Positions 51,024 through 58,887 of a stretch of 64,000 bases of DNA are shown here, piece after piece. The DNA comes from Sulfurovum sp. (GTDB taxonomy: Bacteria; Campylobacterota; Campylobacteria; Campylobacterales; Sulfurovaceae), in assembly GCF_049668085.1 (NCBI RefSeq), contig NZ_JBATIY010000079.1:2846-66845 (forward strand). The letters run 5' to 3'. Within the stretch, counting starts at the first letter, position 1. The number at the start of each line of letters is the position of its first letter. The position numbers were made by a program, and so were the translations under genes. Under the pieces are notes generated by a model that was not told the origin of the DNA, searched no databases, and saw only the letters and a list, made by a program, of their open reading frames with translations.

Positions 51024-51650
51024 ATGAAGAAATTAATAATCATAACACTGTTAGCATCAGGGGCATTTGCCGCTGATTTTTCACAGATGAGCATGGATGA
51101 GATGATTAATATGCGAGGGACTGTTCCTGCAGCAGACCGTCCTGCTTTTCAAGAAGAGATGCAAAAAAGAATGCAGAGTATGACTCCGGAAGAACGACAA
51201 AAGTATAAAGGTATGAGAGGACAAGGTCAAGGAATGGGACAAAACTGTATGAAGAATCAACCTAGCTTTTCTGAGTATGATCTTAATAATGACGGCAAGA
51301 TAACGCAAAGTGAATTGGAAGAAGCACGAGCAAAACGTATGAACCAGAAGGCTAAAGAAGGAAAAATGCTTAGAAATGCAGGAAATGCCCCTGCATTTTC
51401 CACGATGGATAAAAATAACGATGGCATATTAAACCAGGAAGAATTCCGTTTACATCAAACAGAGCAGATGAATAAGTGCAACACAAGAAACTGTGCAAAT
51501 GGTAATTGTCAAAGCCCAGGTACAAGAGAAGGGAAAAATGCAGGAAACAAGCCTGTATTTTCAGATATTGATACCAATAATGATGGAAGCATAAGCCAAG
51601 AAGAGTTCCGCTTACACCAAAGCCAGAGAATGAACATGCAAAATAATTAA
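51024..51650 (+). CDS. periplasmic EF-hand calcium-binding protein (three EF loops)
   Basis: Signal peptide. Canonical DxNxDGxIxxxE loops DLNNDGKITQSE, DKNNDGILNQEE and DTNNDGSISQEE. Repeated QEEFRLHQ. Confidence 0.85.
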   Translation: MKKLIIITLLASGAFAADFSQMSMDEMINMRGTVPAADRPAFQEEMQKRMQSMTPEERQKYKGMRGQGQGMGQNCMKNQPSFSEYDLNNDGKITQSELEEARAKRMNQKAKEGKMLRNAGNAPAFSTMDKNNDGILNQEEFRLHQTEQMNKCNTRNCANGNCQSPGTREGKNAGNKPVFSDIDTNNDGSISQEEFRLHQSQRMNMQNN

Positions 51651-51736
51651 GATTGTGTAAACAATTGTTCAGCCCAAGGCATAAGGGTTGACAAAATAAG
51701 TCAATAGATCTATATAGTTGAAATAAGGTGGTAGCT

Positions 51737-52321
51737 ATGAAAAGATGGCGTTTAGATTTTAGAATTTGGCACTGGATACATGCAGCAGTCGTTCTAGGAT
51801 TGCTTGGAACTGTATTTTTGAGAAAAACATTTTTAAGCTGGAGAACAAACAGCGAACTCTTGACACAGAAACTCTTTGAGATCAATCTGGAAATTACAGC
51901 AGAACAGGCAAAAGTACTTGCTAAGGCGATACGTGCCCCCATGTGGGAATGGCATATCATCCTTGGATATGCTTTAGCTGCTCTGTTGCTATGGAGAGCC
52001 ATCCTCTTCTTTACCCAAAGCGGAAAACAAAACTACCAAAATCTCAAAGAAGAAAACGTTTATAAAAAGATAGTAAAGTTAGGCTATATTGTGATCTATG
52101 GGGTTCTTGTCTTTATGGCTGTAAGTGGGTTGATGATCCATTTTTATGAAGCACTTGGTCTTACCAAAGATGTAGCACATGACATCAAAGAGATTCATGA
52201 ACTTGTTTTTAATGCTATTCTTATATTTGTACCTCTGCATATCATCGGTGTTTTTATAGCAGAAAATCAAGATGAAAAAGGGATTATCTCAGATATGGTT
52301 AATGGAGGAGATGAGAAGTAG
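51737..52321 (+). CDS. cytochrome b561-family membrane protein
   Basis: Four TM helices with His ligand candidates (HWIHAAV, WHIILGY, IHELVF, PLHIIG). TTGACA-N17-TATATA promoter-like sequence upstream. ATG 51737 is preferred over the track GTG 51728. Confidence 0.8.
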   Translation: MKRWRLDFRIWHWIHAAVVLGLLGTVFLRKTFLSWRTNSELLTQKLFEINLEITAEQAKVLAKAIRAPMWEWHIILGYALAALLLWRAILFFTQSGKQNYQNLKEENVYKKIVKLGYIVIYGVLVFMAVSGLMIHFYEALGLTKDVAHDIKEIHELVFNAILIFVPLHIIGVFIAENQDEKGIISDMVNGGDEK

Positions 52322-52326
52322 TTCAA

Positions 52327-52353
52327 TTGAAGGTATGTTATCAATACCTTCAA
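52327..52353. terminator. bidirectional hairpin between convergent genes
   Basis: TTGAAGGTAT-gttatca-ATACCTTCAA, a perfect 10-bp stem. Confidence 0.55.
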
Positions 52354-52403
52354 CGCGCTCTATTTGTTGCATATAAAATATATCATTAGCATAATATTCT
52401 ATT

Positions 52404-52670
52404 TTAGTGGCGACCCCCACCCCCACTTCTTTGTCCTCCCATTGAACCTGTATTTGGTCTACTTGGGCTGGTACCCTTATATTGATGTTGATTTTGGTAT
52501 TTGTATTGATGTTTGTTACCGCTACCACTACCATCTTTTAATCTTTTTTGTTCTTGTTGTTTAAGTTTCTGTTCCATTCTGAGGTGTTCTTGAAGGCTAT
52601 CCTCAACTGCAAATAGTGAAGGTGAAGCTAGAAGTGCCACGGCACTTAAGGTTAATAATGTTCTTTTCAT
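52404..52670 (-). CDS. small secreted low-complexity (Q/K/G-rich) protein, 88 aa
   Basis: Signal peptide MKRTLLTLSAVALLASPSLFA. AAGGA RBS. Mature part is rich in QQEQK, HQYK and GGGG, and ends GGGGRH. Confidence 0.6.
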   Translation of the reverse strand: MKRTLLTLSAVALLASPSLFAVEDSLQEHLRMEQKLKQQEQKRLKDGSGSGNKHQYKYQNQHQYKGTSPSRPNTGSMGGQRSGGGGRH

Positions 52671-52709
52671 GTTAGATCCTTAAATTATAAATATTATTTT
52701 TACATTAAA

Positions 52710-52730
52710 AGTATAGAAAAAAAGTGTGAA
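52710..52730 (-). promoter_or_regulatory. TTCACACT-N7-TATACT promoter-like module for the 88-aa gene
   Basis: Minus strand reads TTCACACT(52730..52723) TTTTTTC TATACT(52715..52710), 40 nt upstream of the ATG. Confidence 0.4.
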
Positions 52731-52994
52731 GCGTCCATGAAGATTGTAAGACATGAAATAAGTTAGTCACCATTAATGAAAGTTCTTCTTCTCTTTATCA
52801 TTGTTAATAATAGGTTTATGTTGGTGTATTTATATTTAGAGGGAAGGCAACTTTATGTTTTGGACAATTTAAAGGAGTACACCCAAAAGGAAGTTTAGGG
52901 AGGGTGACACATTAAATTAAAAAAAGTTACCTAGAAAGCCAAACTATGAAAAAGGGATAATGTTATATAGCTTTCATGTTGTTAGTATATTCTG

Positions 52995-53015
52995 ATTGTA
53001 TGAATTTAGTGTGAA
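52995..53015 (-). promoter_or_regulatory. TTCACACT-N7-TACAAT promoter-like module with no ORF downstream
   Basis: Minus strand reads TTCACACT(53015..53008) AAATTCA TACAAT(53000..52995). Confidence 0.35.
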
Positions 53016-53052
53016 GCTAGATATAGTTGTTTTTCTGGGAGAAAAGAGAAAA

Positions 53053-53081
53053 AGGCATATCCTAGATTGAAGGATATGCCT
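53053..53081 (-). terminator. Rho-independent terminator of the small-peptide pair
   Basis: AGGCATATCCT-agattga-AGGATATGCCT, a perfect 11-bp stem, followed on the minus strand by TTTTTCTCTTTTCTCCC. Confidence 0.8.
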
Positions 53082-53103
53082 TGGGAAGAGAATGTCTTAG
53101 CTA

Positions 53104-53241
53104 TTAATAAAATGTCATCAATAGGTGCGGAGAAGATTCAGGGATATTTACACCAGCATCATCATACTCTGCCATGTGGTGTGCTGATGCACTTGATGCT
53201 AAACCGATCGCTAATAAAACTATAGTTGTTAATTTTTTCAT
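53104..53241 (-). CDS. unannotated small secreted peptide, 45 aa (paralogue 1)
   Basis: Hand-translated: MKKLTTIVLLAIGLASSASAHHMAEYDDAGVNIPESSPHLLMTFY*. AAGGA lies 7 nt upstream. Cleavage site is ASA/HH. Below the 60-aa track cutoff. Confidence 0.6.
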   Translation of the reverse strand: MKKLTTIVLLAIGLASSASAHHMAEYDDAGVNIPESSPHLLMTFY

Positions 53242-53258
53242 AGTAATCCTTCTTTATC

Positions 53259-53393
53259 TTATCCAAATACCGTAAGGTGACCTGAACTATCTGACATATT
53301 TCCACCCGCTGTATCTGATGGTGATGGGTGATGTGCTATAGCGCTTGATGCCAAACCGATTGTTAAAAGTAGTATTGTCGTTAATTTTTTCAT
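53259..53393 (-). CDS. unannotated small secreted peptide, 44 aa (paralogue 2)
   Basis: Hand-translated: MKKLTTILLLTIGLASSAIAHHPSPSDTAGGNMSDSSGHLTVFG*. AAGGA RBS. Cleavage site is AIA/HH. Lies 17 nt upstream of paralogue 1. Confidence 0.6.
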   Translation of the reverse strand: MKKLTTILLLTIGLASSAIAHHPSPSDTAGGNMSDSSGHLTVFG

Positions 53394-53420
53394 ATAAAAT
53401 CCTTTTTATTTAAATATCCA

Positions 53421-53438
53421 TCTGATCTTAAGATCAGA
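53421..53438. promoter_or_regulatory. 18-bp perfect palindrome TCTGATCTTAAGATCAGA in the leader of the peptide pair
   Basis: Self-complementary 18-mer between the -10-like TATACT (53469..53464) and the ATG (53393). Confidence 0.4.
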
Positions 53439-53463
53439 ACCGTGTTTTTGAATTACAATATGA

Positions 53464-53495
53464 AGTATAAACTAGAAGTGTGAAAGTAGTGTGAA
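53464..53495 (-). promoter_or_regulatory. double TTCACACT (11-nt spacing)-N7-TATACT promoter-like module for the peptide pair
   Basis: Minus strand reads TTCACACT(53495..53488) ACT TTCACACT(53484..53477) TCTAGTT TATACT(53469..53464). Confidence 0.45.
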
Positions 53496-53883
53496 AAGAA
53501 AACCTTATAAAGTTATATATTTTTTAAGGTTTTTTACTTATTAGAGACATCATAAATCTTAAAATATATAGGGCAAACCCAAAAGTGCGATGAATAGCAC
53601 TGGTAAAGTAATCGATAGTCCTACTTTCAAGTGCCCCCTATACTTCTTTGTACAAAAACATGTAGATAATGAAGGGGTACTAGTGAACCTGTGGAGTCTC
53701 TGAAAACCAAAATTAGATTCTGGTATATATTTCCACAGACAAGTACTTCAATTTCTACATATCCTACTTGATCGTTCCTAATATCCATGAGAGCATGATG
53801 ATAGCATATATTATTCAGGAGAAAGCTAAGTACTGCAGCAAGGAATCCTATACCTATGATGGCTATGACTACACATTAATTCA

Positions 53884-55623
53884 TTAAGTCGAACTTCCAT
53901 ATAGAAGAAGCCCTACCAAGGTAATGATAATGACCATAAATAGCATCGATACCTCCCAGCGGGCCAAAGATGATTCTATCTGTCCTAACTTCGTAAAAAA
54001 AACTGTTTGAATGGAGTTGATTCGTAACTTACTATATTGCTGCAATAAAATATATTGTTGAGCAAAATCATTCAATTTTTTCAAATGATTTCGCAATACA
54101 CTTAATACAGATTCAATCCATACAAGTATATCGCCTGCGGGAATTGGTTTTGCTGTCTGAAATATATGAATTCTGTATACCCCAACGCTAATAACAAGAC
54201 TTAACAGAAGTGGCCATAGGCTTCCAAATATTTGGTTGCTCATGGAGTATTCAAATGAATAGACTGGTAACCAAGGAACTAAGATGATAATTAGCAGTAA
54301 TGCCACCCATGGTAATACTAGACCAATCAACGGTTCAGCTCCATAGGGTTCAGCAGATGGACGTACTAGGTACAGCAGTCTTGCCATGAGTAGTGCCGTA
54401 GCTACTGCACTGCCTGACAATAAGAGTGGCAATAATGTATCCCAGGGAGCTGGTGCATACAAGGAATAACTTTTAACTAAATCCTTGGCGAGCATACCAC
54501 TGGTCCACGGAGCACCTGCTATTGCCAAAGCAGGTAACCAAAGCCCCAACCATATCCAAACCCGGTGGATCTGCTGCTGGCTTCCGCAAAGACCTGCACC
54601 TAAGAACAGTGCTCCTTTGCTAAGACCATGATGAAGTGCATAAAATGCAATTCCTGTAAGCATGACAGGCCAAATTTCAGGCACTTGCATCCCTAAACCA
54701 ATTGACATTGTAATGATTCCGACCTGACTGATACTTGAATAAGCTAGAACCGTTTTGGGATCGCGCTGTGTTAACCCTATGATTACACCGTAAAAAGCTG
54801 TAAAAAGTCCCAAAATGATCATAGCAGTCCCCCACTCCGGCAGAGGGGTTTCACCAAGTGGTAAAAACCGTATCCAACCAAGGATACCTGCTTTTATCAT
54901 CGTACCGGAAAGTACAGCGCTTGCTGGTGCTGGTGCTACTGGATGTGCTAGCGGAAGCCATACATGCAGTCCAAAGACACCTGCTTTTAGACCAAATCCG
55001 GTCAAAATGAGGAATATGATCAAGTCATGGTTATGGTCTGTTATAATGCTCTCAATGATAGCTGGAAACATTGTACTCTCAGAAGCGTTGGTCGCCATTA
55101 GCAATGCTGAAAATAACATGACTTCACCAAGTATTACCAAAGAAATATACACCAATCCTGCCTTGAAACTGATAGTATCTTTTTTAAACACGATCAAACC
55201 GTAAGAAGCAAAGCTCATAAGTGTAAAACCAAAATAGAAACTGATTGGATCCTGTGCCAGTATCAAAATGAAATTTCCAGCCATAGCTAGTAAAAAATAA
55301 CGATAAAAACGTACTTGCTCTTCTATACTCTTAAAATAACTTCTTGCATACACGCCTGATACACTCCACAAGAGTGTCGCTAACAACATAAATATTTTCC
55401 CAGTTTCATCTAGGGCATAAGTACCCCCAACAAGTAACCAAGGAAGTTGGACTTGTGTCACAGTAGTTGAAGCAATTATCACTGCTGCTAAACCAGGTAA
55501 TGCAGCCCACGGTGTTAGGTAAAGTAGTTTGGAGTGAAGGTGTTTGAATGTTAACATAAACATTAGGAACAGTGGCCATATCACACTTATTAATAGTAGA
55601 AAATTCAATAAAGTTGTATGCAT
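53884..55623 (-). CDS. Mrp/complex-I antiporter-like subunit, MrpA/NuoL-type with C-terminal lateral-helix extension
   Basis: 579 aa, polytopic, with proton-conducting transporter motifs (GLHVWLPLAHPVAPAPASAVLSG). A C-terminal extension of about 120 aa has an amphipathic helix plus a terminal TM helix. No fused MrpB-like domain. Confidence 0.8.
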   Translation of the reverse strand: MHTTLLNFLLLISVIWPLFLMFMLTFKHLHSKLLYLTPWAALPGLAAVIIASTTVTQVQLPWLLVGGTYALDETGKIFMLLATLLWSVSGVYARSYFKSIEEQVRFYRYFLLAMAGNFILILAQDPISFYFGFTLMSFASYGLIVFKKDTISFKAGLVYISLVILGEVMLFSALLMATNASESTMFPAIIESIITDHNHDLIIFLILTGFGLKAGVFGLHVWLPLAHPVAPAPASAVLSGTMIKAGILGWIRFLPLGETPLPEWGTAMIILGLFTAFYGVIIGLTQRDPKTVLAYSSISQVGIITMSIGLGMQVPEIWPVMLTGIAFYALHHGLSKGALFLGAGLCGSQQQIHRVWIWLGLWLPALAIAGAPWTSGMLAKDLVKSYSLYAPAPWDTLLPLLLSGSAVATALLMARLLYLVRPSAEPYGAEPLIGLVLPWVALLLIIILVPWLPVYSFEYSMSNQIFGSLWPLLLSLVISVGVYRIHIFQTAKPIPAGDILVWIESVLSVLRNHLKKLNDFAQQYILLQQYSKLRINSIQTVFFTKLGQIESSLARWEVSMLFMVIIITLVGLLLYGSST

Positions 55624-57117
55624 TTAATAAAACTCCCTACTTGCGATCAATTTAACCCACTCTAGCGGACTATAAGGTGATGAGGCTAAGAGGCCAAATA
55701 TAAGTGCCAACAGTGCAGTAATTAATGGTGGTATCAATAGCATTAAAGAGGTCTCCCTTGAACCAAAATTATGTTCATGAGGCCATTTTTCCGGTACAGG
55801 TAAAAACCATGCACGATATAAAATTGGTAGGAAATAGCCTGCATTCAAGAGACTACTACCAATAAGGATTAAAATTACCCACTCTTGATCCGCCTGGAGT
55901 GCACCAAGACCGAGATACCATTTACTAATAAATCCAGCAATCGGTGGTACACCTATCATGCCAAGTGCACCGATCGTGAAAGCAGTCATTGTTAATGGCA
56001 TACGCCGACCAACACCGTTCATTTCACTTACTTTGTGAATACCAAGCGTCTCTGCGAAATTACCTGCTGTGAAAAAAAGTGTAATTTTCATTACTCCTTG
56101 ATGAACAAGATGCACCACTCCCCCTATTGTTGCGATTGGACCAACAATGGCTACACCCAATATAATGTAGGAAACTTGACTTACTGTCGAATATGCAAGT
56201 CTTCGTTTTAGGTCATCTTGATACAAAGCCATTACCGATCCATAGATGATAGTAATAGCCGCTAACACTGCTAATGGCTGAGTAAGCCCCATATGAGCTG
56301 CTTTCTCAACACCAAATACTTCGTAAACTACAAGAATAATACCAAATGCACCTGCCTTTACAACTGCTACGGCATGAAGTAGTGCACTCACAGGTGCAGG
56401 GGCAACCATAGCAAGTGGTAGCCATCCGTGTAGTGGAACAAGTGCAGCCTTAACTCCAAATCCAGTAATCAATAAGATGAAAATACTCACAAGGGCAAAA
56501 TAATGCTCTTCATCTACATTTTCTATGAATCCCCGTGGTGTAAACTCTAATGTTCCTGTTAATGTGTAAAGCCATACAGTACCGAGTAATAGCAATGCAC
56601 CCCCAAAAATTGTATACATCAGATAGCTTTGTCCAGCGAGTCTAGCTTCTTCTGTCCCTCGATGTACAATCAGGGGGTATGCAACCAAAGTCAACATTTC
56701 ATAAAAGATTAAAAAAGTGATAAGATTGCCTGAAAAAGCTACTCCAAGAGTGGCAGTAATACACAGGCTAAAAAACCCAAAAAATCGGCTGCGGTGGGGT
56801 GAACCCTCCAAATAACCTATAGCGTAGACGGTTGTAAGAAGCCATAAGACGCTTGAGAGTGCTCCAAAGAACAAAGCTATTGGTCCAGCAAGCAGTACCA
56901 GGTCAATATTTGGCAGTAATGCAAAGCGTGTTTCGTAATGATGCCCTTGATAGACACCAATAAACATATAGACCACCAAAGCAAGTGTTGAAACAACACC
57001 GATAAGATTCAATGACGTACGTAAAATTTTTCTCTCTTCTGCCAATCCAAAAATCATAAGAGCAGGTAAAAATGAACTCATTATCATAAAAAGAGGAATT
57101 AAGTTGTCTGAAATCAT
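55624..57117 (-). CDS. mrpD: Mrp antiporter subunit D-like (NuoM/N family)
   Basis: 497 aa with motif LHGWLPLAMVAPAPVSALLHA. Confidence 0.85.
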   Translation of the reverse strand: MISDNLIPLFMIMSSFLPALMIFGLAEERKILRTSLNLIGVVSTLALVVYMFIGVYQGHHYETRFALLPNIDLVLLAGPIALFFGALSSVLWLLTTVYAIGYLEGSPHRSRFFGFFSLCITATLGVAFSGNLITFLIFYEMLTLVAYPLIVHRGTEEARLAGQSYLMYTIFGGALLLLGTVWLYTLTGTLEFTPRGFIENVDEEHYFALVSIFILLITGFGVKAALVPLHGWLPLAMVAPAPVSALLHAVAVVKAGAFGIILVVYEVFGVEKAAHMGLTQPLAVLAAITIIYGSVMALYQDDLKRRLAYSTVSQVSYIILGVAIVGPIATIGGVVHLVHQGVMKITLFFTAGNFAETLGIHKVSEMNGVGRRMPLTMTAFTIGALGMIGVPPIAGFISKWYLGLGALQADQEWVILILIGSSLLNAGYFLPILYRAWFLPVPEKWPHEHNFGSRETSLMLLIPPLITALLALIFGLLASSPYSPLEWVKLIASREFY

Positions 57118-58598
57118 AGTTGCTCTCCTTCCAGCTCAAATGGAGAGCCCAAATCGGTTATAGACAAAACGGAAGAAGAGAATAATCCTAAAAGGACTGC
57201 TGCTACTGCCAGTAACAGTGCTGACCATTCCATGTTCGCAGGAATTATTTTAGAATTATGAGGAGTTGACGATGGGGTAAAAAAATGACTGATGACTTTA
57301 AATATATATGCAGCAGATAATAAACTACCAACAAGAAGAATTATCACAACTCCCCATTGTTCTTGCCGTAATGCTGCTTCAAGAAGAAAGTACTTTCCGA
57401 TAAAACCTCCACTTAGAGGCAATCCTATGATACTTATACCCGCTAGGGCGAATGCAGCTGTTGTAATGGGCAAACGTTGTGCTACTCGGTCAAGATGTAT
57501 GATTTCGTCATGTCCACCAAAGCGTAATAAATTACCTACAACAAGGAACATGGCACTTTTTGCCAGAGCATGGGAAAAAGCCAAAAAAACAACTGCATTC
57601 CAAGCTATAGTGGCACCACTTATTGCTAATGAAAAAGCCAAAAAGAGGTAGCCTATCTGGGCTACGGTTGAATAGGCTACCAATAACTTCAGTCGTGTTT
57701 GTCTCAAAGCTTGAAAAGAACCCCATAAAATAGCCCCAGTTCCCAACAAACCAAAGATAGTTTCTACTGTACCGTCATTCAAAGGACCGAAGATAGTCAA
57801 CCAAAGACGTATCAGGATATAGAAAGATGATTTAATGATCAATGCGGACAACAATGCACTAACCGGTGCAGGTGCACTGGAGTGAGCGGGGGGAAGCCAG
57901 AAGTGAAGTGGAAAAAGGGCCGTCTTGAGTAGCAATCCACCACTCATAAGTGCCAATGATACCCAGAGTATTGGTGTGGCCTGAGCATTTTGGGAGAGTG
58001 TAGCAATATCAAGACTTCCAAAACCGTGATATAATAGTCCTACTCCAAAGAGATAGAGTAACGAACCTAAAAGCGTTGCAAGAAGATATCTCATAGCTCC
58101 CAAAAAGGCTTTACGAGTGTTTCCCAAGGCGGTCAAGGAAACAGCTGCAAGACCAATTAACTCCAAAGCAACATAATAATTAAATATATCCGATGACAAA
58201 AATAGTGCATTTAATCCTGCAATGATCAAGAGCCAAAGTGGCCAAAAGCGTTTTGACTGATCTACAGAAAAATAACTAATAGCATATATACTGATACCTA
58301 AACCTACTAGAGCCGTCATGATGAGCATTATAAGGCTTAATCCGTCAGCATATAGATTAATACCTAATGGAGCATCCCATCCACCTATAGTATGAATATA
58401 GACGCCTTTTTCAATCATAGACCATGCTAGAAAAATAACTGAGATCAGTACAAAAGTTATTGTTAGAATCCCTATTCTATTGCCTTGTTTTAACCAGAGG
58501 AAACTAATAATTGCTCCACTCAAGGGAAATAAGATCAAAATTATAGCCCAGGGAAGAGTCGTAATAAACTGCACCATATTATTCATCCTCCTGGTCAT
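57114..58598 (-). CDS. mrpD: Mrp antiporter subunit D-like (NuoM/N family), second copy
   Basis: 494 aa with motif LHFWLPPAHSSAPAPVSALLSA. 4-nt overlap with the next gene. Confidence 0.85.
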   Translation of the reverse strand: MTRRMNNMVQFITTLPWAIILILFPLSGAIISFLWLKQGNRIGILTITFVLISVIFLAWSMIEKGVYIHTIGGWDAPLGINLYADGLSLIMLIMTALVGLGISIYAISYFSVDQSKRFWPLWLLIIAGLNALFLSSDIFNYYVALELIGLAAVSLTALGNTRKAFLGAMRYLLATLLGSLLYLFGVGLLYHGFGSLDIATLSQNAQATPILWVSLALMSGGLLLKTALFPLHFWLPPAHSSAPAPVSALLSALIIKSSFYILIRLWLTIFGPLNDGTVETIFGLLGTGAILWGSFQALRQTRLKLLVAYSTVAQIGYLFLAFSLAISGATIAWNAVVFLAFSHALAKSAMFLVVGNLLRFGGHDEIIHLDRVAQRLPITTAAFALAGISIIGLPLSGGFIGKYFLLEAALRQEQWGVVIILLVGSLLSAAYIFKVISHFFTPSSTPHNSKIIPANMEWSALLLAVAAVLLGLFSSSVLSITDLGSPFELEGEQL

Positions 58599-58887
58599 GG
58601 AGATCAGTTTTACCCGTTATATCAACTACCCTTATTATGAGCACCAGTGCGAGTGCCGTAGCTGAGACAGCAACTACTATACCGGTAATCACCATGGCAT
58701 GAGAAACAGGGTCTGGAGAGGAATGCCCACTTCGCATTGCAAGAGATATGAGTACTAAAAATACTCCACTGCCCATTATATTCAGTGCCAGGATTTTTCG
58801 TAACAAATGAGTATGAATTATCAAGGCATGAAGTCCGATAAAAAAAAGTCCGGTACCTGTCAAGGCATATATGAAAAGCATATTCAT
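58579..58887 (-). CDS. mrpC: Mrp antiporter subunit C (NuoK-like)
   Basis: 102 aa with three TM helices and a NuoK/MnhC pattern. Confidence 0.85.
   Translation of the reverse strand: MNMLFIYALTGTGLFFIGLHALIIHTHLLRKILALNIMGSGVFLVLISLAMRSGHSSPDPVSHAMVITGIVVAVSATALALVLIIRVVDITGKTDLHDQEDE

Noticed and set aside
51370-52002. 210-aa minus-strand ORF, Cys/His/Phe-rich, spanning the EF-hand / cytochrome b561 junction
   Set aside because: It is antisense to two well-supported + strand genes with clear domain motifs. Its composition looks like a shadow frame, and it has no RBS or family motif.
53627-53875. 82-codon open frame just downstream of the last Mrp gene, beginning with a TM-like segment (VVIAIIGIGFLAAVLSFLL)
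   Set aside because: There is no ATG, GTG or TTG before codon 30, and the internal ATG (53788) has no RBS. It could be a decayed gene remnant, but I cannot support it as a CDS.
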